From Babesia bigemina (lineage: Eukaryota): a stretch of DNA of 64,000 nucleotides. The stretch is taken from assembly GCF_000981445.1 (NCBI RefSeq), contig NC_027216.1, forward strand, positions 1 to 64,000, in the 5' to 3' direction. Every line of letters begins with the position of its first letter. The first letter of the stretch is position 1. Positions 23,795 through 35,071 of this stretch are shown piece after piece. The notes below the pieces were generated by a model that was not told where the DNA came from, made no database searches, and was given only the letters and a program-made list of their open reading frames with translations. A program made the translations under genes and the position numbers.

Positions 23795-25213
23795 TCAGCT
23801 CTTGTTCTCCGAGCCGGCGTCGCCCTCCGAGCTCCCTTTGTCGCCCGACTGCTGGTTGGACTGGTACATCTGCTGGGAGACCTTCCACGACAGCTCCTGC
23901 AGGCGCTTGTGGGAGTCCTTGAGGCGGTCGAGGTCCTCACTGCTCATCTGCTGGCGGAGCTCGCTGAGCTGTTCCTCCAGGGCCTTCTTGTCGTCCTCCG
24001 AGATCTTGTCCTTGAAATCGCTCAACTGCTTCTCCACGGAGTAGCAGAGCGTCTCCGCGTCGTTGCGTGCGTCTACCAGCTGCTTGCGCTGCTCGTCAGA
24101 CTGCTTGAACGCCTCCGCGTCCTTGACCATGCGTTCGACCTGCTCGTCGCTGAGCCCGCCGCTGCTCTGGATAGTGATCTCCTGCTTGCGTCCAGTGGAC
24201 TTGTCAACGGCGCTGATGTTCATGATACCGTTGGCGTCAACGTCGAAGGTGACCTCAATCTGAGGCACGCCGCGGGGCGCCGGAGGGATACCCACCAGTT
24301 CGAACTGGCCCAGCAGCTGGTTGTCCGCGGCCATGCCACGCTCACCCTGGTAGACCTTGATGCCCACCTGCGTCTGGTTGTCAGCCGCCGTGGAGAACAC
24401 CTGGCTCTTCTTGGTGGGGATGGTGGTGTTGCGGTTGATGAGCCTGGTGAACACACCGCCGAGCGTCTCGATACCAAGCGACAGCGGGCACACGTCCAGC
24501 AACAGCAGATCCTTTATTTCACCCTTGAGCACACCAGCCTGAATGGCGGCACCCATGGCCACAGCCTCGTCCGGGTTGACCGACTTCGAGGCCTCCTTTC
24601 CGAAGATGCGCTGCACGATGTCGCTCACGCGGGGCATGCGGGTCATGCCTCCGACGAGGATGATGTCGTTGAGGTCCTTGGCGCCGATGCCGGCGTCCTT
24701 CAGACACTTCTCGCACGGCTCAATGGTGCCCTTGAGGAGGTCGTCACATATCTCCTCCAGCTTGGCGCGAGTCAGCTTGAATTGCATGTGCTTGGGTCCG
24801 GTCATGTCCGCGGTGATGAACGGCAGGTTGATTTCCGTCTGCGTCTTGCTGGAGAGCTCGACCTTGGCGGACTCCGCCGCCTCACGGAGGCGCTGGAGTG
24901 CCAACTTGTCGTTCGTCAGGTCGATGCCCTGCTGCTTCTTGAACTCCGCGATCAGGTACTGCAGGATGCGCTGGTCGAAATCCTCGCCTCCCAGTGAGGT
25001 GTTGCCGTTGGTGGCCTTCACCTCGAACACGCCACCCAGGATCTCGAGGATCGATATGTCGAAGGTACCACCACCAAGGTCGTACACCGCGATGGTCTTT
25101 CCGTCGTTCTTCTCAAGTCCGAAGGCCAGAGCGGCGGCGGTGGGCTCGTTGATGATCCTGAGCACGTCCAGTCCGGCAATTTTACCAGCATCCTTGGTCG
25201 CCTGCCTCTGCGA

Positions 25214-25248
<35 letters not shown>

Positions 25249-25759
25249 TGCCGACCTTCCTGCCCAGGTGAGACTCGGCCGTCTCCTTCATCTTCGACAG
25301 GATGCAAGCTCCGATCTGGCTGGGCGAGTACTGCTTGCCCTGGGCTTCGATCCAGGCGTCGCCGTTCGAAGCGCGCACGATCTTGTACGGGAGCGTCTTC
25401 TGCTCCTTTTTGGTGACATCGTCGTCGAATCTACGTCCGATGAAACGTTTGGTCGCGAACACGGTGTTCTCCGGGTTGGTGACGGCCTGGCGCTTGGCCA
25501 CCACACCCACAAGGCGCTGCCCGTCGTCAGTGAAGGCCACCACCGAAGGCGTGGTCCTCATTCCCTCCGAGTTCTCGATGACCTTCGGGTGCGAGCCCTC
25601 CATGACCGCAACACAGCTGTTTGTGGTACCCAGGTCGATACCGACGACATCGCCCTGCACCTTGGAGCGTAGAAGGCGCGAGGTGGTCAGTTTGCGGTGC
25701 GCGAGGACGTTGCGGTAGGCCGGAGAGCCAAACGCGAACAGCCTGCTGAGGAAGCTCAT
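23795..25759 (-). CDS. HSP70: Mitochondrial Hsp70 (DnaK-type)
   Basis: Arg/Ser-rich presequence, [31 protein letters not shown]; no EEVD tail. Confidence 0.97.
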
Positions 25760-26637
25760 TTTCGGATGCTTGTGCTACAATCGCAATTTGCGGCGTTCAC
25801 ATATACGCGCCCTCTTAGTTGCCTAGAGATCGCGCAAGGTTTAGCACGATGACACGAACGAAGTCAGCCGGCCACGCGTCGTGACACCGCGTCAAACAAA
25901 CTACCGTATTGCTTTAGTGGGTAGATTCCACAGCTGTAATTCACTGTGTTGTCGTAAATTGAGCGTGTATGTTGTCGAGAGTCGTGTAATGGCTGCCGCA
26001 GGCGTGCTGGGCCGCCCGGCCTCAGGATTCCTTTGCGCGCGATGTGGGGACTGCGTTGATTTACTTGTTGGCCCTTGAGGTGACAACTGGCGCAGCTGCC
26101 ACCGTCTGGGGACACTGCGTTAACGCGGTGTGAGACGCGAAGTTATGGGCGTGGGTCATGGCTGTTGCATTTACAGGAAGCCGTGTAATGAGTTGATCGC
26201 GGCGCCCCTGCCGCAAACATCCGGCCGCTATGGCAGGGTAGTACCAGTTAAATAGTATTTGTCGGCCGTATTATATATGATACGGGGCCATGTGTCGCGT
26301 ATAAGCGATTTCGAGGCAGGGTGTGTTGGCCTTTATACCAACTGCCGGTGATCTGGTGACGCCACAGGAATCATGCGTCCACGAAAACGCGCAGGTGACA
26401 GGCTTAATATGTATATATGTCGCCAGTATGTTGTCTGGTAAAATAGTGTGGAAGAGTCGGCATCACCACACACACACTTTTTTAGACACGCCACCGATGC
26501 TCCGTCGATGTCGGGGTCGTGCCTTCTAATAGTAGCATCGCAGGGGCACACATCAACTTAAGTACGGACATTTTATCGATTTATAACAGTTTGGCGGCGC
26601 TACGAGGTGGCTCCTCATACGCCGATGTCGTTTGCCT

Positions 26638-27124
26638 ATGATGTCTAGTCGGATTCGCCGGGTGCTGCTGGCAATAACCGCTCTGGCGTTGAATTTGGGC
26701 TTCATTACCGTCGCCAGAGCGCACTTCTGCACGGCCGCAGTCTGCCAGCTGTGCTGCAAGGCAACACAGGAGGGCTGCGTCAACGCCTTCACGTCGTACG
26801 CCAGCGGCACGCTCATTAGCAACAACCTATATTGCGAGGTAAGCGGATGCGCGTTTGATGTGCAAAACTTCGTGCAGCAGTGCAACTGTGACAACCCCCA
26901 AATCGGTAGGAAGGACGCCAGTGTGATGTGTATGACCGACGCAGGGTGTGGCTGGGTAGGACGGCGCTTCAAGCGCATTGAGTGCACTTCGTGCGCCATA
27001 ATTGACGCTATGTTAGAAAAGTGGGTTTATTGTCGAGAATTACAAGCTCCGCAGCAACCCCGACCTTCCAGTAGCAGGCTGTGGCAGAGCCGTGGTAGAT
27101 GGCGCCCTAATCTTCACGAGTTGA
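26638..27124 (+). CDS. Small secreted Cys-rich protein; predicted introns 26839-26877 (or 26880) and 26956-27016
   Basis: Signal-peptide-like N-terminus ending ARA|HFC; CxxxxCxxCC...C...CxxCxC...C...C. Intron sites GTAAGC..CAG and GTAGGA..TTAG give a clean C-terminus WKSGFIVENYKLRSNPDLPVAGCGRAV...IFTS*. Confidence 0.6.
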
Positions 27125-27204
27125 GCATATAACGCATCATATAATTTTGTATTAATGATGCTGCTCTAAATTCGGCAATCTGGGCATCGGGAGCGGGGCT
27201 AATC

Positions 27205-28351
27205 ATGTCGCAAGCAGCGCCAGTCAGCTGGCTGAAGGGTATCTGGCCGAGGCAAACGGAAGATAACCAAGTGCCTAAGTGCGATACCCCCATCGTCGTG
27301 CACTACACACGTTACTGGCTGCCTCCGCCAATCGAGCCAAGCGAAGACTCCGAGGGCGATGCCGACGTTGCTGTAGCCGTGGAAGTTGTTCTGGAGCCAT
27401 ACGTACTCTGGTGCTGCCTGCTGCGCAGCGTTACAGGCTGCAAATTGCGCTTCTCACCGTCTTTATACGATGAATTTGTCGGCGGAGCGATGCCGGCTGC
27501 CTTCGTTGGCGATTCTGCATGTTACGGAGGAGCGCCGCTGCGGCAGGAGAGCTTGCTGAGCCACCTGCTGCTCAATCTGCCCACAGCCTCAGCTGAGGTG
27601 CTTGAACAGCTGAGCAGCAGATTCGCGCTCTATGAGGCGTTTAAAAAGCCCGATGGTAGCGCCAAAATCACAAGCGACTCGCAGTTCTACCATAGTGCCA
27701 GCTCCATTCTCCCGGTATACGTCGAGAAGCACCTGCGCTACGCCGTACTATTTTTCATCTGGGTGTTCCCGAAGATATCGCAAAATGTCACCAAGAGGAT
27801 TGTCGTCAATTCGACGCCCTGGCCGTACGGATACTACGTGTTCAACAAGAGGTCGAAAGAGATCGCAAGGACGTGCGCGCAGTGTGGGTATTCCGACATC
27901 GCATTCACAATCAAGGAGCTGGCGCTGATGCTGCGGGAGCTGCAGCGCATTCTGCAGAACGACGCGCCCTCACTCAACCACAGGTGCGAAGTACTGGCGC
28001 AGAGTGAAACCTAGTGCAGGCCCGGTTACTGGATGGAAGGCTCCGTATTCGCAAATCTCACGGTACTCTTCAGCATACCGTGCCACGGTAGGATATGCAT
28101 TCACCAAAACCGATATCACGCATTCAGGGGTTGAGGAGCTGCTCGCGTTGCACCGCGAGTTCTACGACTTGAAGTCGTACTGCGCGGTAGTGAATCGCAC
28201 CTATAACGTAGCCGACCTGCCACCGCCGTACCTCTGTGGAAACACGTTCCCAGTCAGCTACTTTGTCAAGGAGCCCTCGGCGTGCATGGCGCTGCTGGGG
28301 TCTGTATGGGAGCACATCAAGAGCATCCCTCAGCTAACGATTATGCAGTAA
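27205..28351 (+). CDS. Metaxin/Sam35-Sam37-like GST-fold protein; introns 27984-28019 and 28088-28127
   Basis: EPYVLWC, GGAMPA, VEKHLRYAVLFFIWV...T...PWPYGYY, LRELQRIL, PGYWMEGSVFANL, LKSYC follow the metaxin pattern. Splicing joins ORFs 27205 and 28004 in frame. Confidence 0.6.
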
Positions 28352-28698
28352 AAGAGATGTGCTATTTTAACGTTTGAATGTACGATATTGCCCGAACCAC
28401 TGCGTGGCCGATACTTCGGGTGTTTGCTTCCATGGAGCGCAGTTCGCGTTTAGAATGCATGTTAGGCGACCTCTTGAAGTGTGGCGCAGTAGCTATGGTA
28501 GGCCATCCTACATGTTCCACGACAACCAATGCATTGCCGGACAACTACACAGCTCAATTTTAGCCGTTGTAGTTGTTTGGGCCGAGCCGAGTGGCCAGGC
28601 AACATATCCCTGATGACATTTGACAAACGTCAGGGTGGCCGTTCAACAGGCTACACCTGAACGCGCCATGATGGCCAGATTAACAGGCCAAAACGAAG

Positions 28699-29037
28699 TC
28701 ATCGGAACAGGTCCGGACGATAGCCGTATCGGCGTAGCCAGCCTTCCCGCGCCACCTGCTGAAACGCCATCTTGGACATGCGGGTGAACCTGAACACGCC
28801 GTGGCCGTATCCGCCAAAAATACAGCGCATCCGAACTCGGTAGAGTCCCACCTTGTTGTCTATTGGTATGTGCCCCTTCAAACCCATATTACGGTACACC
28901 ACCTTGTAAACGCGGGTGTTCACCTCCGACTCGCGAAAGAGACGGCGCGATAGCGAGTCGCGTTGAACCCAGTTCTTGAAAGAGGGAAACCCGAATGGAG
29001 GGTCCAAAATTATCGGTCCTGGGTTGCGGGCAGCCAT
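28699..29037 (-). CDS. MRPS14: Mitochondrial-type ribosomal protein uS14m
   Basis: RD..RR.F...E...R, then RVRMRCIFGGYGHGVFRFTRMSKMAFQQVAREGWL, matching the bacterial-type S14 signature R.RNRC..TGR..G......SR..FR..A..G.L. Confidence 0.8.
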   Translation of the reverse strand: MAARNPGPIILDPPFGFPSFKNWVQRDSLSRRLFRESEVNTRVYKVVYRNMGLKGHIPIDNKVGLYRVRMRCIFGGYGHGVFRFTRMSKMAFQQVAREGWLRRYGYRPDLFR

Positions 29038-29120
29038 CGTACCACTTCACCTGCTCAATTAGACAGAGAGCGCTGCCGCTGCCGCGCAGGGAGCAGCCGT
29101 AGCCGGGTGTGTAGCGCCCC

Positions 29121-30416
29121 TTATTTCATGAACTCCGGCTTTAATGCGATAAATTTTATTTTCCGGTTGTCCTTTTCCTCTACGCTCATCGTGCAGCGCT
29201 TCTGAATGACGGTCTGTATGAGGCGGAAGTCTTCGTTCTTGGCGGTGATGTTGAAGTGTGACAGTACGCTCTGCGCGGCGCTGGCCCATTATAAACCCTA
29301 GACTTACCTTGACCTGCACCTTGCCGTTGTTCTCGAGCAGGAACGTCGTCACGCGCTCCTCTATGCTAGTGGCTTTGTCGGCTTCTAACTTGGCCTTCTT
29401 GGACGACTGCGACTCCGAAGCATCCGAAGAGCGCTGCTGCTTGCCAGGCGCCGACACCTGCGACCCTTCTTCGTCGTCGGAGTACGCCTCCAGCTCGTCA
29501 TCCACCTCGCGCTCAGCCTGTTGCTGCAACAAGCTCCTCAGTTTCTGCGTTATCATGTCCACGCCCAAAGACAACACTCACGTGACCATATAACGACAGG
29601 TGGGGCTGATTCAGAGGGTCCTCGTCAGGCTCATCGGCCTCCTCCTGCGGGTACAGCTCTTCGTCGTCGCTCGGAGCCCCCTCGTAGTCCCAGTTTATCT
29701 TGCTCACCCTCTGCCTAGAATCCCTGTTAGCTGCGTTGCCATCGCGGCCACGCGCGCCATCGTCCGCGCCGCTGAGATCGTCAACCTTCGCTAGGCGCCT
29801 CAGACGCGCATCCACGACAATTTCCTTGTGCATATGTTGCAGCGATGCGTTCAGATACCTACCGATTTTAGCGTAGGCCCCGCAGTGGAGTTGTTTGTAC
29901 GGGGCGTGACCACAGGGTCCAGCATGAGATACTGGGAGACGGGCACAAGCATTGCGCTGTTTTCATTCTGCTCGCGTTGTCACATTTCAACGAAACAGTT
30001 CTGCGTACCTTGCGCTCGATGAGCATGAAATAGCAGTCGGTATCGACATTTCCGGGTCTGGATCTGAATTCGCGCTCTTCGGGGCTATCGTTACGGCCGA
30101 TCCCAGATGCTTTCCAGTTTTCCATGTTCGGATCCGTTTTATCAGCTGGACTCTTCTGCTACGCGTTACGCTGTACGATAGGACATCTACCTTTGTTACG
30201 CGTTGCAGCGAATTCAGTGTGAAATGGCGCATTATATCTGGCATACACACGACGCCGACCTCGAAGTTATCAGGAATGGTAAGCTTGAGTTTCGTCGTGA
30301 AGCCTTCTTGCTCCGGGTTTGGCTCTGGCTCTTTTGGTTGCTACGCGGCATGTCATAATCGCCACTTGAGTTCACCTAACCTCCTGTATGGGCGCGTATT
30401 GTGGCACATTAGCCAT
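29121..30416 (-). CDS. Putative TFIIF large subunit (TFIIF-alpha/RAP74/Tfg1), 7 exons
   Basis: Manual splicing with introns 30341-30380, 30156-30190, 29968-30008, 29825-29862, 29545-29581 and 29271-29307 gives one ORF: ENWKASG...REFRSR...DCYFMLIERK..AMLVPVSQYLMLDP; WDYEGAPSDDEE; LSLYGHKLRSLL; C-terminal SIEERVTTFLLENNGKVQVKSVLSHF...IKFIALKPEF. Confidence 0.7.
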
Positions 30417-30850
30417 AGGAGCTCTCATCGCTTCGCTTTGTTGGCCGGGCGGCGCGCCGCCGTATCCGCCAAGAGGCCCATAAAAGTTGTGCATAGTCAT
30501 TATCTACGGCAACATTCGTGACCTATAGTTGTTCAGCAATAATAATGGAGCTGAGTGAGCCCAGATGTGTGGAATGATGGTCTGAATTCTTTGTCTTGTG
30601 GCGCGTCGCGCTCGTCGGCTCTTGCAGCACAAGATCAGTGGAATCAAATATCACCCGTGACACCGAATTGTCTATTCACACAAGAACACCATATAGTGTT
30701 ATCTACGTAACTAAGTTTTCAAAAAATTGCCGGCGAAGAGTTCCCTGGTTGACAAATGGCTTTGTTAGACGACTAATACAATGTTGGCCTAATCTTGAAC
30801 AGGTTTACGGTACTTTAGAGCGCCTGTATATTTCGCATTTGACTCTCCAA

Positions 30851-31165
30851 ATGGTGGCTGCGCTGAAAAAGGAAACCAAGCGAACCAAGGCGACCAAATC
30901 TGCGGGATCGGACGTGCCAGAGCAGGGAGAGAAGGAGTCCCAAGTCCCCGAAGGCCAGTACTTTTGGCAAAACCCTTCAAATAGGGAATTATTGAAAAAG
31001 ATACGACGTGACAAGACCGTGAATAAAAGTTCAGTGCAACATAAACGCGAAGGTGAGAGTCTCAGTCACGACTCTAACATCTACGTCATACGCACGACCA
31101 AGCACAAAAAGATCTCCTACGACCAATTTGTCAGAGAAAAGGGGAGGCGTAGAAAACGACAGTAG
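30851..31165 (+). CDS. Small basic hypothetical protein (~104 aa)
   Basis: ATG 30851, Lys/Arg-rich ORF (YFWQNPSNRELLKKIRRDK...GRRRKRQ), divergent from the TFIIF-like gene. Confidence 0.55.
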   Translation: MVAALKKETKRTKATKSAGSDVPEQGEKESQVPEGQYFWQNPSNRELLKKIRRDKTVNKSSVQHKREGESLSHDSNIYVIRTTKHKKISYDQFVREKGRRRKRQ

Positions 31166-32224
31166 GCTGAAAAATTCTTAATGCTCTGCGAGGCGTCTGC
31201 ATTAGTCTGTAAATTGCGTGGGTCTCACGTATGAGCGCCTATGTGGAACACTTCCCGCTAATGATCTCGCAGTTATTCGTGTTTACATTCGACGGTATGC
31301 GGTGCTTCATTGGCCGTGCGATATATTAATACGTGAATTCTACATTTTGATTTGCGTGCTCGGCCATCAATTGCAAGACAAAAATTATACTGCTAGCAGA
31401 GTTGCATTCGCATTGTACACCATGACGCAAGTTGATACGTTTCACATGGGTAAATGTTAGCATTTGCCGATGTTTTCCCCTTTCCATGTGGGCTGGGTAT
31501 GCTAGGTTTCTAGCCTGTCCCTCGGACCTTGCGAATATTCATCCTAGAACTGGTTTGTCGTTTAACCAATTCATTAAACGGGAGATTTTCATAATGCGGC
31601 GATAGGCATGTCCGTATTCATGCGTTTTTACGCTTGCCAAACTAGTGTCTATGCGTAGTATGGTATGTGTACACAACACCGTCGCAAGTCATCGCTCGAG
31701 ACCAGCTAGAAGCTTATCTGCTAGCGCAGAGCCTCCCAATCACGTTCTTCACCACTTCTTGAGAGATGTTTATAATGTATGTCTCAGCCTACACGAAATT
31801 GTTGCGGTTGCTAATCGCAATCTCAACAATGGGTATGGAGCGCTTTTGAGAATTACACGCGGCACGTTTCATCCGTGCATTGATGCAATAATGTTAATGC
31901 GGGTATTATGGCAAGTACGATGGGTTTATAACAATTACAACACCTAACATACAATCTCGTATCGCATATTATGGCCTGCTCTGGTGAAAATCGCAGCTGG
32001 CAACGAGGAAAATTCCTACGCAACCAGACACACAATTGCCGCGATACTTGGACATCCACTTGTGCTCACAATAAAATGTTGATGTGATTTTCATATATTG
32101 GGATAACGTAGGCAATTTTTTCATACCTTGGAAATGCTTTGGTTTACCAAAGAAGCTATGGATATACGGAGACCTTGGCCTGTGCCACGCCATACCGTTA
32201 ATCAGAATGGGATGTCCCATCGTA

Positions 32225-35071
32225 ATGAAATTTATGTTGGCGTTATGCGCAACATTGCTGTATTCCTTCCGGCCCATTGAGACTTTCATCTGTGACTTCG
32301 GAGATCCACACGATTTGCTGAGCAACAACGCCATCGTTAGCTGCCACACATATTTCGAATTCTCTGAATTCCCACCTGTCATATGTCCACGCGTAGTCAA
32401 CAACACCGAATACGTCTGGCATCCACAACCTACAAAGATTGAGAACGGTTATCGTAACGCATACGTTGGTGGCAATGGCAAAATTCGTTCCGTCGCTATT
32501 GCGGAAATTGTCGTCACTGATAGGCCTGTTGAATTAGTTACAGTGCGATCCAATCAGTCGCAAAGTCGCCTGCACTTCGACATACCAAGGAATGAACTCT
32601 ACGTCATCAACGAGTGTCGCCTGATATTCATCTGTGGGCCCCGAGATTTGTTCTTGTCAGATATATTGCAGCGTCACCTGGACCAACTAGAGAGTGTCAC
32701 ACAAATGAGGCAACTACTTTGGAACTCTGCAACACCATTGGCTCATGAATTGGGGGTAATTGGAAAGGGTCTGGGTATATTCTTCTTGTACAGAGGCGGG
32801 ACGCATCTGCCTCTTCAAGGTTGTGGCAGCCGACCTTCGCCACTGTTTAATGCGGATTATGAAGTTAACGTGGACCCCGTTACTGGTACGCGATCATGTG
32901 TAGTAGACCCTATGTCGAATGCTCGCATCGGATTTATTTGCGAAGGCCGAATTGAACCCGCGGATTGCATGAAGTCCCTAATTGACGACAAAGGCAAAGT
33001 TGTAACTGCTCCTAGGCCACGTCCTTATTGGGATTTCAGATATTATAGACCTTGGGTGGTAGCGAAATACTTCTCTGACGTGGCACTAACGCCATTCAGT
33101 GGAGAATGCAGGTGTGTCGATCCCGAAACAGGTGACATAAAGGCCAAAATACAGATCCGCCAGAACAGCGAACATGTCTGTGACATTTCCAGCATGATCG
33201 TTCGAAACCGTTCGCAGCCTATCAGAGGTCCGTGGTGTTCGGTGGTACTTCATCCGGGGAGCACCTTGACCATAAGATTTCCAACAGTGGATGGCGCCGC
33301 GGATTACGATAATTCCATGCTTCGTACATCTTCGCGACAGACGTCTATCAATGAATATGAAACTGAATTCTTGCCGAAGGACTTGAAAACGGTGAGGCAA
33401 ATAAACACGTATAGAGGGTTTAATGTTTATGACGAAGTATCATATCAAGAGGTCCTTGTTGGCGATGCCATCGAGTTGGATGTGTCCCAGATGCACCGGG
33501 GAGAAGTGACGCTAAAGTACCACGTTGACAAACCTCTCACATTACGAAGCGGATTTAACTCATTCTTATACCACTGGACGTTGAAATCTAAAAACGAGAA
33601 TCTTGCAAAGAAGATACAGGCCACCGTAAATGTGTCATTCGCGTTGACTCATGAACACGAAATCTTTGGTTGCGACTCTCGACAAACGAAGCTATTCAAC
33701 GAAGATATCAGTCGCCAGCATTGTTCAACGAAAAGGATGGGGAATGGCATAGGTGACACTTACGAATGCCTCCTCCATAACAAAGCGCATATACATCAGG
33801 CTGGAATTTACTGCAGGCCGGAAGAGAGGTTGTTACCGGGCAACTGTCAATATACAGGATACGACCTCCACTCCAATCGGATCATGTCATTTCCTGAAAC
33901 TGTGCGAAGTATTACTCCCCAACCCATTACAGGATTCCAAGTGCTAAACATGGAGATACAGAATCTTCCTGTCAGTTATGCTTGTGTATGTGTCAATGAA
34001 CATGGATACGAGACCTCCAGACTTACTGTGGAGTCGAACCGCGAGGAAAGTCGCAAGTTTACAGTTCGCCGTATAAATGGGTTGCAAAAGATCCTCCCCT
34101 ATGTATCTCTGCGATTGAATATCGGATTAATACTTGAAGGGCTCAGATCAGGAATGTTTATCACGTTGCAGCACGTATCGAAAAAGACTATTAAACTACA
34201 TGTGGGCACAAAATTGTTATTGAGTTGTGCTCTTGGTTCCGCGCTGCAAAACGGTTCAAATGATACAATAAGCCCAACTGCGTGGCTTCCTAAATTGCAT
34301 GGAAAATACCATTATAATGCCATCGTGACATTCCGTGGGCTTGAGCTTATTACGAGATCGCACAATGATGTCATAGCTGGTTCACATGGCGGGTTTTCTG
34401 TTTTGTTCAACGATGACCACTCATCAGCCCATCAAGCTTTGATATTAGAATTACGTAGAAACGCCATCTTGATTTCCAAGGACCCAGTTCACAAAAAAAA
34501 CGTGCCGATGAGATTTGTCTGCGGCAAGGCGGCCCAACTATCGGATCCGTCGGCCGTCTCCGATTATGCGTTACATTCAGACGCATCTGTGCAGTCTACT
34601 TCTAGTATCACAGATGCGGCAGGAAAATACGCCTGGAATATTGTTAAAGTCAACGTCGAGACCACTGACCCGTACATGCAAGGCTGCGGCGTCACATACG
34701 CATCAGATGAGTTGTTCAAGCCTGAGACACCCAAAATCTACGACTCTTATGGACAACGTAAATCTGGTTGCAAAATAGACATTCAGGCTGCGGGCGAGGC
34801 AGCATTCTACTGCCCAGCACCGTACGTCCTAGAACCATCCTATTGCTTTGAAAAAGTATTAATGGGGGGTATAATCATGAATGTGAAAGATATAAGCAAG
34901 TCGCTAGTATCATCTCGAACTAATCACTTTGTCACGCTGGAGTTCGACAGTGCTCGTATAGGATCCGGGGAGACCCTGCGCCTGAAACCTCCATTGGAGT
35001 GCCAGTGCGTCACCGACAAAGGCATCGTCCTGTCGACCATACAGATCGAGAACTACAACTCCAAGTTATGA
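32225..35071 (+). CDS. 6-Cys (s48/45-like) domain secreted protein
   Basis: Signal peptide MKFMLALCATLLYSFRPIETF|ICDF. Repeated modules such as QGCG...SC.VD...IGFICEG.IEP..C and MQGCG...GCKIDI...AFYCPAPYVLEPSYCF...LECQC. No obvious GPI or TM tail. Confidence 0.75.
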   Translation: MKFMLALCATLLYSFRPIETFICDFGDPHDLLSNNAIVSCHTYFEFSEFPPVICPRVVNNTEYVWHPQPTKIENGYRNAYVGGNGKIRSVAIAEIVVTDRPVELVTVRSNQSQSRLHFDIPRNELYVINECRLIFICGPRDLFLSDILQRHLDQLESVTQMRQLLWNSATPLAHELGVIGKGLGIFFLYRGGTHLPLQGCGSRPSPLFNADYEVNVDPVTGTRSCVVDPMSNARIGFICEGRIEPADCMKSLIDDKGKVVTAPRPRPYWDFRYYRPWVVAKYFSDVALTPFSGECRCVDPETGDIKAKIQIRQNSEHVCDISSMIVRNRSQPIRGPWCSVVLHPGSTLTIRFPTVDGAADYDNSMLRTSSRQTSINEYETEFLPKDLKTVRQINTYRGFNVYDEVSYQEVLVGDAIELDVSQMHRGEVTLKYHVDKPLTLRSGFNSFLYHWTLKSKNENLAKKIQATVNVSFALTHEHEIFGCDSRQTKLFNEDISRQHCSTKRMGNGIGDTYECLLHNKAHIHQAGIYCRPEERLLPGNCQYTGYDLHSNRIMSFPETVRSITPQPITGFQVLNMEIQNLPVSYACVCVNEHGYETSRLTVESNREESRKFTVRRINGLQKILPYVSLRLNIGLILEGLRSGMFITLQHVSKKTIKLHVGTKLLLSCALGSALQNGSNDTISPTAWLPKLHGKYHYNAIVTFRGLELITRSHNDVIAGSHGGFSVLFNDDHSSAHQALILELRRNAILISKDPVHKKNVPMRFVCGKAAQLSDPSAVSDYALHSDASVQSTSSITDAAGKYAWNIVKVNVETTDPYMQGCGVTYASDELFKPETPKIYDSYGQRKSGCKIDIQAAGEAAFYCPAPYVLEPSYCFEKVLMGGIIMNVKDISKSLVSSRTNHFVTLEFDSARIGSGETLRLKPPLECQCVTDKGIVLSTIQIENYNSKL

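Noticed and set aside
23741..25718. Long antisense ORFs over mtHsp70
   Set aside because: Well-known antisense open frames of GC-rich hsp70 genes; no independent coding evidence.
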